Positions 1-11,135 of a stretch of DNA of 33,356 nucleotides are shown here, one piece after another (positions within the stretch are counted from its first letter, which is position 1; each line of letters begins with the position of its first letter). Under the pieces are notes generated by a model. It ran no database searches, was not told the DNA's origin, and saw only the letters and a program-made list of their open reading frames with translations. The DNA is taken from NCBI RefSeq assembly GCF_006345805.1, contig NW_021824130.1, forward strand, positions 1 to 33,356. The letters are read 5' to 3'. The DNA is from Octopus sinensis. Taxonomy: Eukaryota. The translations under genes were made by a program, and so were the position numbers.

Positions 1-47
<47 letters not shown>

Positions 48-227
48 ATACATACATATTATACATATACATATACATACATATATATGCATATATATAT
101 TTATATATATATACATATACATATACATACATATAATATACATACAATACATATACATATATATATATATATCGCATAAACATGTACATTCACGCACACA
201 CGTATATACTCTTATATGATATATATA

Positions 228-271
<44 letters not shown>

Positions 272-350
272 ATATCTATATATATATATAGTATGTATGT
301 ATTATGTATGTATGTGTGCATAAACATAACCTCACTCATACACACGAACA
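1..350. repeat. (TA)n/(CATA)n compound microsatellite
   Basis: Directly visible di- and tetranucleotide runs; source of the spurious YI-repeat ORF at 182-562. Confidence 0.97.
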
Positions 351-559
351 CATGCCTCACATACATACTGATATTTAATTTATTATGCATCTTAAGAGAC
401 AGAGTGTCTCAATCTTTTCTTTCGCCGCTTTCCCTTCAATTGAGGTTGGTTCAAGTGTGTTGTTTCCAGGATCTGTTTTGTTGTGCTAAGCAACCTTTTT
501 TTGAAGAGTTGTTTAACGTAATTGGCACACGTCAAGTGCACTCCTGCTACCAGGTAGAT

Positions 560-790
560 TGAGGCTTCCTTCGAGCAGTACCGCTTCATCGTCCTCCGTT
601 TCGCTTCGCAGCCAAGTAACGGCACGAGACTCAATTCGTTCTCCCTCCTTACTAAACGACATCCTTCTTGATGATGAGTGCACTCCTATCGGAATGGCTC
701 ACCGCCTCCTTCCGCGTGTTTGATCTACATAAATGCCATTGTGGAAATTCTGTTGATGAATTTGGCCTGCATCAGTTATCATACTTCCAC
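560..790 (+). pseudogene. Decayed fragment of a CRE-like (restriction-like endonuclease) non-LTR retrotransposon ORF, zinc-knuckle region
   Basis: Frame-shifted translation ...RFASQPSNGTRLNSF / LLDDECTPIGMAHRL / HKCHCGNSVDEFGLHQLS(Y) resembles, from recall, the CRE-clade pattern GAWLxAxP...LDD...RIxxAxRLG...HxCxCGxxVDxxGxHxLSC; last Cys replaced by Tyr. Confidence 0.45.
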
Positions 791-815
791 AGAGAAGGCA
801 GGGTCATCATGGATA

Positions 816-1703
816 GCCAGGGTCACCATGGACTTCTTGCGTCAGCACAACATCAGAAACATGCCGTGACCGTCTCTCAGCCCGGCTTTGAACCCAATTG
901 AACACCTGTGAGATGAAATCCAGAAACGGCTGAACCAGGTGGTCCCAAGGCCGACAGCTCGTGTGGAACTGGAGGCAGCTTTCCTCGGGTGTGGACACAG
1001 GTGTCAATGGCTTTTGTGATCTGCGTCAAGCATTCCATGTACCGACGCTGTATGGCCGTTAAAGCGGCGAGCTGGCAGAAACGTTAGCACGCCGGGTGAA
1101 ATGCTAAGCGGTATTTCGTCTGCCGCTACGTTCTGAGTTCAAATTCCGCCGAGGTCGACTTTGCCTTTCATCCTTTCGGGGTCGAAAAATTAAGTACCAG
1201 TTACGCACTGGGGTCGATCTAATCGACTCAATCCGTTTGTCTGCCCTTGTTTGTCCTCTCTGTGTTTATCCCCTTGTGGGTAGTAAAGAAATGAGTATTT
1301 CGTCTGCCGTACGTTCTGAGTTCAAATTCCCCCGAGGTCGACTTTGCCTTTCATCCTTTCGGGGTCGATTAAATAAGTACAATTTACGCACTGGGGTCGA
1401 TATAATCGCCTTAATCCGTTTGTCTGTCCTAGTTCATCCTCTCTGTGTTTAGCCCCTTGTGGGCAATAAAGAAATACACGCTGTATGGCCGTTTTGAACA
1501 CCCAAAGAGAGCATACACTCTATTGGACATGTCACGCCCTACAATCTCAATGTGCTGGATCCGCCCATTACTAGAACACAGGACATCGACCCATAGACTG
1601 TGGAATTGACTTTATCAGATTTATCAAAATTTATCTCTGACATAATGAAATTAAAACATATTTAACACTCACACACACGTCGCGTTTCTTTTGCGGTTCA
1701 GTG
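816..1703 (+). mobile_element. Tc1-like DNA transposon, 3' fragment (transposase C-terminus plus right end), interrupted by a SINE
   Basis: ARVTMDFLRQHNIRNMP*PSLSPALNPIEHL*DEIQKRL matches the Tc1 WPxxSPDLNPIEHLW motif; after a frameshift VWTQVSMAFVICVKHSMYRRCMAV continues across the SINE as LNTQREHTLY; right end GTTTCTTTTGCGGTTCAGTG (1684-1703) followed by TA. Confidence 0.85.
1061..1477 (+). mobile_element. tRNA-derived SINE family A, dimeric copy with 16-bp TSD
   Basis: A-box-like GAGCTGGCAGAA and B-box-like GAGTTCAAATTCC; central GTCGACTTTGCCTTTCATCCTTTCGGGGTCGA domain; second partial monomer from about 1292; TSD ACGCTGTATGGCCGTT at 1045-1060 and 1478-1493. Confidence 0.92.
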
Positions 1704-2400
1704 TATGTATGATGTATGTATTCATTTATGCATATACGTAATTTATGAAAGACAGCGGTGATGGCTAACGACATAGAAGGCAAAGAAAAGACAATCACAA
1801 AGCAACACAGATTCTCATGAAATTGGCATGTTGTTAAGGAAAGATGCTTTCCACTTTTTCTATTGTTGCTTTTTTTATTGTTGTTGTTTTGACTTTTGGT
1901 TCTTCCTGGAGGCTACAAGCAGCAGGGAACATGTGTCTTTGTCACAATAGGCGTCATTAGCACAGAATTGTCCTACTTTTAATCCAGTCAGAAATATATG
2001 TACAAATATATATAATTTATATATGGATATATGATTATATAGATATATACATAGATGTACGAAATGTCTACTAAGCATATACAGCCAAGAGTAATTTATG
2101 TAGTTTAAACAAAAACTAGGGATGAGAAATAGTGTATTATAGCTAGTAGCATGGGTTTTGGAGAGGAAAGAGGATGATGGGGGAAAAAGCAGATATTACT
2201 GTCTACTGTATAGGTTTATTGAAATTATCTTCACATCGGGAAGGACAGAAACACGTATAGCTTTAGACTATCATATTTGTGAAGATTCAACTTTCTCTAA
2301 ATGCTTTTATAGGATCATTCACATATGTATGTGCGTGTGTATGTATGTATAAATATATATACATGGTAATTTATATATATATACATACCTATATATGCAT

Positions 2401-2434
<34 letters not shown>

Positions 2435-2449
2435 TTACATATTATATAT

Positions 2450-2516
<67 letters not shown>

Positions 2517-2632
2517 GTATATATATATATATATTATATATATATTACATGTACATATTTTTCAGTATCTGTCTTTATAGGATCATCCATTTATGTATGT
2601 ATGTGTGTGTGGGTGTATATATATATATATAT

Positions 2633-2864
2633 AGAGAGAGATAGGTAGATTTAGGTAGATGGGTAGATAGCTAGCTAGCTAGCTAGAGAGGTAGATAGGT
2701 AGAAAGGTAGTAGATAGGTTAGAAAGGTAGATAGGTAGATAGCTAGCTAGCTAGCTAGCTAGCTAGCTAGATAGATAGATAGATAGACAGATAGATAGTA
2801 GATAGATAGATATATAGTATTAGATAGATAATAGATAGATATAAAAAGATAGATAGATAGATAT

Positions 2865-2906
<42 letters not shown>

Positions 2907-2962
2907 GGATGGATAAAGCATAACGAAGATTAAGTAATGTGCAAATAAAACGTATATATTTG

Positions 2963-2999
<37 letters not shown>

Positions 3000-3219
3000 C
3001 TAGGTAGATAGGTAGATGGGTAGATAGCTAGCTAGCTAGCTAGAGAGGTAGATAGGTAGAAAGTTCGTAGGTAGAAAGGTAGATAGGTAGATAGTCTAGG
3101 CTAGCTAGCTAGCTAGCTAGCTAGATAGATAGATAGATAGACAGATAGATAGGTAGATAGATGATATATAAATAGATAGATAGATAGATAGATAGATATA
3201 TAGATAGATAGATAGATAG

Positions 3220-3254
<35 letters not shown>

Positions 3255-3331
3255 TAGTAGATAGATAGATAGATAGATGGATGGATAAAGCTAACGAAGA
3301 TTAAGTAATGTGCAAATAAAACGTATATTTG

Positions 3332-3345
<14 letters not shown>
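2633..3345. repeat. About 360-bp tandem duplication of a (GATA)n/(GCTA)n block
   Basis: Unique tail GGATAAAGC..AACGAAGATTAAGTAATGTGCAAATAAAACGTATA occurs at about 2911-2958 and 3282-3328. Confidence 0.85.
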
Positions 3346-3378
<33 letters not shown>

Positions 3379-3494
3379 TTATATACATACATATTACATA
3401 CAATCATACATACATACATACATACATACATACATACATACATACATACATACATACATACATTTATTTAACATATATATACAGGAGAGAAAAA

Positions 3495-3654
3495 GTTTCC
3501 GTCTACCAAATCGAATTACAAGGGTTCGGTCGCCCCGAGGCTATAGTAGAAGTACTAGGTACAAGGAAGAAGTCCTTTGGTCGGTTTCATCGACTGAAGG
3601 CGGTGTTCCATCATGGCTGCAGTCAAATGATGGAAACAAGTGAAAGAATAAAGA

Positions 3655-3655
<1 letters not shown>
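3495..3655. mobile_element. Fusion of two oppositely oriented SINE family B fragments
   Basis: 3495-3552 is the reverse complement of family B body (compare 26990-27055); 3551-3655 is the plus-strand family B 3' part (compare 27198-27310). Confidence 0.7.
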
Positions 3656-3687
<32 letters not shown>

Positions 3688-3856
3688 AGCACATATGCAC
3701 ACACACGCACACAAATATGTACATACACACATATACGACCGAAGTAAATAGACACCCCATAATACATTGTTTAATGCTTATTTTGATTTGAAAAGTTGTA
3801 TATTTTTTATTAACGGATATTTCTATGTTTCAGGTTCCATATGTAACTGCATAATT

Positions 3857-5241
3857 ATGCCACATACAAAAGAAAGTTTGGAACTGTCCAAATTTCAAAC
3901 AGGGTCAATCTGAAGGTGGACTTTGCGTGAAATCGCAGAAAACCTTGGAATCCTGCTTTCTACAGTTAATAGAGTGATTATGCAATTCATCAGAGAGAGG
4001 CAGCAGACCCCGTCATCTTGCCCAGGTCGACCATAGCCCTCTGACAGGATCCTTTGCTTTGTTAAGTGAAGCGTTAATGACAATCTGCATTGGAATGCCT
4101 CTGGCATAACAGAACCAGTTGATGTCTGTCCCAGAACAGCTGCCAGGTATCTCCACAAACTCGGTTGCTATGGCAGAGCAGCAAAAAGGAAGCCACTTCT
4201 TCGACCAGCCAATATCAAGTGGAGAAAATACTGGGTTAGTGAGATGATGGAGTGGCCGCAAGTATTTTGGGACACCATCCTATTCTCTAATGAGTCCAGA
4301 TTTGCTGTATTTTCTGACAGTGGTCGAGTGTGGCTGTGGAGACTCTGTGATCAACAATTTGACATGAAAAGACTGCTGCCAACAATGAAACAAGGCAGCT
4401 ATTCTCTGATGGTCTGGGGAGCAATTTGGAGTAAGGTTGATCAAAGCTGGTAGACTGTGATGGAAACATAATCTCAGATAAATATGTGTCCATATTGCAG
4501 AAAACATTCTTTCCAATCTTCTCCAATAGTGAAATGCTTAAAAAAGATGATTTATTCATGGAAGATGGAGCTCTTTGTCACACAGCTAAAACGACCCAAG
4601 ATTGGTTGGAAAATAATGCCATTAAAAACTTCCATGGTCAAACAAGTCACTAGATATGAAACCTATTGAACACCTCTGGGGCTTAATAGACAGGATACTT
4701 CGTAAAAAAGAACAAGAACGCAGCCTCAAAGCTAGATATTTTGAGATTACTGGATGAAACTTGGCAAGAAGACGCTCGACCTTTATTCTTTAGAAAAACG
4801 ACGACGCCGTGGTGATCTCATTCTTGCTCACAACATCATAAGCGGAAAGTGAAACCTCTCGAAAGAGCTGTTCTTGACTCCTGCTCCAGAGCGTCGGCTG
4901 CGGGGTCACTCCAAAAAGCTCTATCTGCGACGATTTCATCTCAATCGAAGGAGAGGGGCTTTCTCCGTCCGGGTTGTGGATCCGTGGAATAAGCTGCTGG
5001 ACGAGATAGTGAAGATGCCGACGACTGCTCGGTTCAAAGTCTCTCTTGACCAGAAATGGCCTGAACTCTTTGCATGAACACCCTCCCTGTACATAACTTC
5101 ATGTCCCCCTACATGGCCTTGCTTTTTGCTTTTTGAGCCAAAAAATTAACTTAACTTAACTAAGAAATTTCCCAGCAGAATATACATCATCTGATCTGTA
5201 GCATGCCTTGTCTGATCTGTAGCATGTCTACTAAATATTAG
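3857..5241 (+). pseudogene. Tc1 DD34E transposase pseudogene (stops, frameshifts, LINE insertion)
   Basis: HTH-like [35 protein letters not shown] (first catalytic D read as N), [25 protein letters not shown] and PWSNKSLDMKPIEHLW, with 34 residues between D and E after repairing one frameshift; ends WQE|ISQQNIHHLICSMP...STKY*. Confidence 0.92.
4771..5161 (+). mobile_element. 5'-truncated CR1/L2-group LINE 3' end inserted into Tc1
   Basis: LDLYSLEKRRRRGDLILAH...RLRGHSKKL...FSVRVVDPWNKL is the typical CR1-group ORF2 C-terminus; (AACTT)n tail; AAGAA duplicated at 4766-4770 and 5162-5166; the Tc1 frame rejoins exactly when it is removed. Confidence 0.9.
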
Positions 5242-5865
5242 ATATTCAGATTATAATTAATAAATGATTTGAATGTGTAATTTCAGACTTAAATAAATTT
5301 TGATGGTTATAAGTGCGTCTATTTACTTCTGTCATGTCTGTGTATATATGAATGTGTGTATGTATCTATTGTATGTATTGTAGTTATACGTAAGGTATGT
5401 ACAATTGTCCATCTGCTAAATGTTTCAATTATGTATTCTGTATTTTCGTTACAAACGATACTGTACATTAACATTTGCTTTTGTTCTTTATGTTGTCTAT
5501 CTCATTATTCATTGACATTCTTCTATTATAATTTATTCAGATAATAAATATGTTTCTGTTGTACGAAATACGTCACAGACACTCTCAAATCTCCGCAGTA
5601 TGTCGCACAGACGTTTTCTACGTATGTTTTTCTTTCTCGCTGTACACCACTCGCACACAATCGAAACCACTGCACTGCACTACGTGGCATTATTTAGATT
5701 AGTTCTAATTCGTCCATATCAATTACGCATGTCAGACTGGTTTTTGCTGCATTTCCTGGCAGTTGCTAGGAAGAACAGAACTACAAAGAGAATAAGATTC
5801 ATAATATATCAAACAGAATAAAAATCCAGCGCACGGAATCAAAAAGATATAAAAAGATAATTGCT

Positions 5866-6470
5866 GGCGTGTTTATGTGGCTGAGAAGTTTGCTTAGCAA
5901 TCGTGTGGTCTCTAGTTCAGTTCCAGCGAGTGGCATCTTGGTTAACTGACTAATATTATAGCTTCGGGAGCTGGCAGACTCGTTAGAACGCCGGGCGAAA
6001 TGCGTAGCAGTATTTCGTCAGCCGTTACGTTCTGGGTTCAAATTCCGCCGAGGTCGACTTTGCCTTTCATCCTTTCGGGGTCGATAAATTAAGTACCAGT
6101 TACGCACTGGGGTCGATGTAATCGACTTAATCCGTTTATCTGACCTTGTTTGTCCCCTCTGTGTTTAGCCACTTGTGGGTAATAAAGAAATATATATTAT
6201 AGCTTCGGTCCGACTTAAGGCTTGTAAGATAATTTAGTAAAAGGAAACTGTGCGGAAGTCCGTATACATACATTTGTATATAGATGTGTGCGTGGATGAG
6301 TGTGAGTGTTTTTGTGTTTGTCTTCTTCACTGTTTGATAAACGGTGCTAGTTTGTTTGCGTCCCCGTAGTTTGTTTGTGGTTTGGTAACGGGTAAGGCTC
6401 AATTTGTTTGACTGAAACCCATAAGAGGTGGGGGTGCCCCAGTGTATCTGCATTCCAACATCTGAAATAG
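5866..6470 (+). mobile_element. Old, diverged SINE family B copy, interrupted by a family A copy
   Basis: Degenerate family B head before 5967; body resumes at 6209 (TCCGACTTAAGGCTTGTAAG...GGAAACTG). Confidence 0.6.
5968..6193 (+). mobile_element. SINE family A monomer with 15-bp TSD
   Basis: TSD ATATTATAGCTTCGG at 5953-5967 and 6194-6208. Confidence 0.9.
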
Positions 6471-6494
6471 GTAAAAGATATATGATGAAAAAAT

Positions 6495-6948
6495 ATGGTA
6501 AGAAGCTTGATTCCCAATCACTTGGTTCTAGGTTCAGTACCTCTGTGTGACAACTACGGCAAGTGTCGGGCTGACCAAGATGTGAGTGGATTTGATAGAC
6601 GGAAACTGAAAGGAGCCCATCGTATATGAATGTTTGAGTGTGTGCGTTTGTGTGTGTGTTGTGTGTGTGTGTGTGTATGTGAGTGTGTCAGTGTCTGTGC
6701 GTATGTGTGTGTGTTTTTGTGTCTGTATTTGTCCCTCATCACTGCTTGACAATCAGTTTTCATGTGTTTACGTCCCCGTATCTTAGCGAATCGACAAAAG
6801 CAACCGATAGAATAAGTACTAGGCTTACGAAAAATAAGTCCTGGAGTCAATTTGTTCGACTAAAATCTTCCAAAGGGATGCTCCAGCATGGCCACAGTCA
6901 AATGATTGAAACAAGTAAAGGAATAAAAGAATAAAAGAATAAAAGAAT
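6495..6948 (+). mobile_element. SINE family B (CORE-like tRNA SINE with internal microsatellite)
   Basis: tRNA-like head, GGCAAGTGTC CORE-like segment, internal (TG)n, 3' CCAGCATGGCCACAGTCAAATGA and (AAAAGAAT)n tail. Confidence 0.8.
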
Positions 6949-7450
6949 GGTAATATGAATATTAAAAATCTATAATTTTGTTCAAATGTGAAACATTTTT
7001 CAAATTCGTATAGAATTTAATTGTTCCTCTGCAACGAAGAAGTACTAAATAAAGCGAATTAAATCAGTCTATCGGCAAATTTATCCATAATATTATAATT
7101 TTGACCTACTTGATTCTTAAGAGATTCTAGCTTGTAAAAGAAAATGAAAAGAATTAAATTCAATAATAACGATAAAGTATCAAGATTTTAAGTTTATAGA
7201 TTAGATAAGCAATTCTGAATGTTGTAAAGTTCACGTATCCAGCTTTTATATTAGCAATGAAAGTAAGACACTACCGTACTGTTTTAGCAAGCATGTACAA
7301 CTTGGAGACATTACAACGCACTACACCACACACCACAAAATAAAACTTGACGGGAAAACATTAGTTGACAGTACATCTATAACAATTTCTCACTAAAACA
7401 AGATGGATGATGAGCGCAACACAACATATGTATATATATATTGTCTCCAA

Positions 7451-7604
7451 GGCGCAGGAGTGGCTGTGTGGTAAGTAGCTTGCTAACCAACCACATGGTT
7501 CCGGGTTCAGTTCCACTGCGTGGCACCTTGGGCAATTGTCTTCTACCAAAGCCTTGTGAGTGGATTTGGTAGACGGAAACTGAAAGAAGCCTGTCGTATA
7601 TATG

Positions 7605-7635
<31 letters not shown>

Positions 7636-7864
7636 GTGTGTCTGTGTTTGTCCCCCTAGCATTGCTTGACAACCGATGCTGGTGTGTTTACGTCTCCGTC
7701 ACCTAGCGGTTCGGCAAAAGAGACCGATAGAATAAGTACTGGGCTTACAAAAGAATAAGTGCCGGGTTGAGTTGCTCGACTAAAGGCGGTGTTCCAGCAT
7801 GGCGCAGCAAATGACTCAAATGACTGAAAAAAGTAAAAAGTAAAAGAGTAAAAGAGTAAAAGAA
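7451..7864 (+). mobile_element. SINE family B, near full length
   Basis: GGCGCAGGAGTGGCTGTGTGGT head, CCGGGTTCAGTTCC B-box-like, ACCTTGGGCAA CORE-like, internal (TA)n(TG)n, (AAAAGAGT)n tail. Confidence 0.9.
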
Positions 7865-8315
7865 TATATATATATATATATATATATAAATGTATGTGTG
7901 TGTTGTGGGGTGTTTGGATGTGATATAAACGAATAAGTAACCTAGGTTACTGCTATAGTTGGTCGAACATTAGGTTCCAAGATTAGAGCTAAGGCTGGAT
8001 CTAGGGATATGCAACCGATCTGCCTGGGGTTAAAACGGTTGTAACATCGAACAGCCGTATTGATGTGGTGATTAACTTTACTTGTCAGTATGGATACTAC
8101 TCTCATCTGTTGATGAGTTTCTTCAGCTGGCTACTTTACTTATATAGTACACACACACACACACATACACACACGCACAACACACACACACACACCACAC
8201 ACCACAAAATAAAACTTGACGGGAAAACATAGTTGACAGTAACATAAACAATTTCTCACTAAACAAGTGGATGGATGAGAGCGCAACACAACATATGTAT
8301 ATATATTGTCTCCAA

Positions 8316-8468
8316 GGCGCAGGAGTGGCTGTGTGGTAAGTAGCTTGCTAACCAACCACATGGTTCCGGGTTCAGTTCCACTGCGTGGCACTTGGGCAAT
8401 TGTCTTCTACCAAAGCCTTGTGAGTGGATTTGGTAGACGGAAAACTGAAGAAGCCTGTCGTATATATG

Positions 8469-8500
<32 letters not shown>

Positions 8501-8711
8501 GTGTGTCTGTTTGTCCCCCTAGCATTGCTTGACAACCGATGCTGGTGTGTTTACGTCTCCGTCACCTAGCGGTTCGGCAAAAGAGACCGATAGAATAAGT
8601 ACTGGGCTTACAAAAGAATAAGTGCCGGGTTGAGTTGCTCGACTAAAGGCGGTGTTCCAGCATGGCCGCAGTCAAATGACTGAAACAAGTAAAAGAGTAA
8701 AAGAGTAAAAG

Positions 8712-8713
<2 letters not shown>
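8316..8713 (+). mobile_element. SINE family B, duplicate of 7451-7864
   Basis: Near-identical to 7451-7864, including flanks and deletion. Confidence 0.88.
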
Positions 8714-8742
<29 letters not shown>

Positions 8743-9049
8743 GTATGTGTGTGTGGTGGGGTGTTTGTGTATGTGATATAAACGAATAAGTAACCTAGGT
8801 TACTGCTATAGTTGGTCGAACATTAGGTTCCAAGATTAGAGCTAAGGCTGGATCTAGGGATATGCAACCGATCTGCCTGGGGTTAAAACGGTTGTAACAT
8901 CGAATCGAACAGCCGTATTGATGTGGTGATTAACTTTACTTGTCAGTATGGATACTACTTATTCTGATGAGTTGAGTTTTCAGCTGGCTACTTTACTTAT
9001 ATAGTAACACACACAACAATACCACACGCACCACACACACACACACAAA

Positions 9050-9083
<34 letters not shown>

Positions 9084-9180
9084 GTTCATTCGTTTTATTT
9101 CATTATATTACAGACATCTGATGATTTTTCTTTTTTTACTTTTACTTCGTGTACTGCATTATTATGAGTTGCAAAGACTC

Positions 9181-9676
9181 CTTGTTGTGACCCTCTTCGG
9201 TCATGACTGACCATGGGATTGCACCTAGAAAGTTACCCTCCCAGGTAAAAGTCCGGGCAAGGTTGTTTATGGAAGACCAGCAGTCGCCGATGCATACCAG
9301 CCTCCCCTCTCCACGTCACCGATGTTATCCAAGGGAAAGGCAAAGGCTGATATAGCTTGGCATCATTTATTAACGTGCAAGTGGCTGAGCACTCCACAGA
9401 CACGTGTAGCCTTAGCGTAGTTCTCGGGGAGATTCAGCGTGACACAGAATGTGACAGGCCGGCCTTTTGAAATACAGGTACAACAGAAACAGGAAGAAAA
9501 AGTGAGAGAAAGTTGTGGTGAAAGAGTACAGCAGGGTTCACCACCACAGCTTGCTGGAGCCTCGTAGAGCTTTAGGTGTTTTCACTCAATAAACACTCAC
9601 AATGCCCGGTCTGGGAATCGAAACCGCGATCCTACGACCGCGAGTCCGCTGCCCTAACCATTGGGCCACTGCGCCT
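9181..9676 (-). mobile_element. tRNA-derived SINE family C
   Basis: Minus-strand head GGCGCAGTGGCCCAATGGTTAGGGC...GGTTTCGATTCCCAG (A and B boxes); 9370-9676 is homologous to 20790-21091. Confidence 0.88.
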
Positions 9677-10371
9677 CCACTCTTTGCTGTAGTAGTCTGC
9701 TTTTTGACAGTTTAAGTCATACAGTTTATAACTTCCATATTCATATTGAAGTTTTTAACATTGCATTGAACTTGAGTTCGTTCTGTATCTTACAAGATTA
9801 AGGTTTTCTATTGGTGAGAAAGTTGCACGTTCTAAATATGAGTTTGTAGGGAAATGTGATAATGTAGTCCACTGTTTTATATCCTATTTAAAGCGCCGCA
9901 GTCATTTGTTCTGCAACTAGTGTGCATTTGATACTTATAGCATATTATATGTGGTTTTAACCGTCGTTGCATCTCCTGTATCAGTGTATAGCAACAGTGA
10001 TAATGTACTGTATTATATCTACTATGTTGCACTGCGTTATGTAATATAACACAGTTCACAGAATAAAATGAAGTAGAATAACTTATGTTAAACTGACGAA
10101 AATGTCAATAATATGGGAGTGTGGAAGCATTACTCGTAGCATAATACATACGAAAATCCAATCAGTCACATCACACGTAAATAAATAATGAAGTCTACCA
10201 ACGTTTTACCGTTATGTAAATTTTAATTTTTAATTTAATGCTATAATCAGTGATGAATATATTCCTATATACCTTTGCAACCTGCGGCAAAGAGTGCGAA
10301 GAATGTGTTATTATTAACACCGTTCCATTCCGGTCACGACAATGGGAGACATGTATAATTATGTTGACATT

Positions 10372-10419
<48 letters not shown>

Positions 10420-10595
10420 TCATATATATATATATAGATTCATATATATATATATACACATATGTAAGTATTTATAAATGTATTATGTATCTGTTAATAT
10501 ATTATATATTTGTTAAACACACAAAACACTCATGTATATATATATATATATATATATATACGCACACAAACATATATAAATACATATATATATAT

Positions 10596-10649
<54 letters not shown>

Positions 10650-10654
10650 TATAT

Positions 10655-10723
<69 letters not shown>

Positions 10724-10739
10724 GACATGTGTGCGTATC

Positions 10740-10990
10740 TGTGTGAGTACACGCCATTTAGAATTGTGAAGGGAAATGTCCCGTACAAGAAAGAGTAAGG
10801 AGCGCGCACACACACGCATGTCTATATATAGATTGAGTTTATTGAAAATAGTTTGACACACTCGGGAAAAATGGAAAAGTCTTTTACGTTTCGAACCTAC
10901 GCTCTTCGACTGAAATTATGAAAGGAAATAAAAAGAGAGAGAAGGAAAAAAAAATCGCGCAGAGTTCAGCGGTCCAACATGGTGAATATA
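10740..10990 (-). mobile_element. Solo PLE terminal-repeat-like remnant with degenerate hammerhead motif (10881-10915)
   Basis: Reverse complement aligns with 32090-32310 and 17995-18185 around GAAGAGCGTAGG(C/T)TCGAAACGT. Confidence 0.7.
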
Positions 10991-11005
10991 TATATATATA
11001 TATGT

Positions 11006-11038
<33 letters not shown>

Positions 11039-11053
11039 ATATATATATATATA

Positions 11054-11084
<31 letters not shown>

Positions 11085-11106
11085 GATATATCATATATAT
11101 TATACA

Positions 11107-11135
11107 CTAGAAGACAAACCCGCCTTGCTCGGGAT
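11107..11135 (-). mobile_element. Helitron-type 3' terminus (hairpin plus CTAG)
   Basis: Minus strand CCCGAGCAAGGCGGG-TTTGTCTT-CTAG|T, same layout as 28373-28400; 5' end not identified. Confidence 0.55.

Larger units (their letters stand above)
3728..5342 (+). mobile_element. Full-length Tc1 transposon fossil with TIRs
   Basis: TIR core GAAGTAAATAGAC at 3741-3753 and its reverse complement at 5317-5329; outer 13 bp match 9/13; right end followed by TA; about 1.22 kb once the LINE insert is removed. Confidence 0.9.
7324..9060. repeat. About 870-bp tandem duplication (two copies), each containing a SINE B
   Basis: CACCACACACCACAAAATAAAACTTGACGGG at 7324 and 8193; unique flanks are shared; both SINEs lack the same 17 bp present in the copy at 26921-27320. 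Confidence 0.92.

Noticed and set aside
867-911. TGA at both conserved Trp positions of the first Tc1, suggesting a UGA=Trp code
   Set aside because: A later Trp in the same element is TGG, the ORF has frameshifts, and single G-to-A transitions explain both.
8095-8130. Minus-strand CTGAAGA followed by a CTCATC/GATGAG hairpin
   Set aside because: No GAAA, helix III or stem I, and the duplicate copy near 8960 differs here.
9600-9676. tRNA-like sequence that could be called a tRNA gene
   Set aside because: It is the head of SINE family C: no complete acceptor stem, and it runs into a SINE body shared with 20790-21091.
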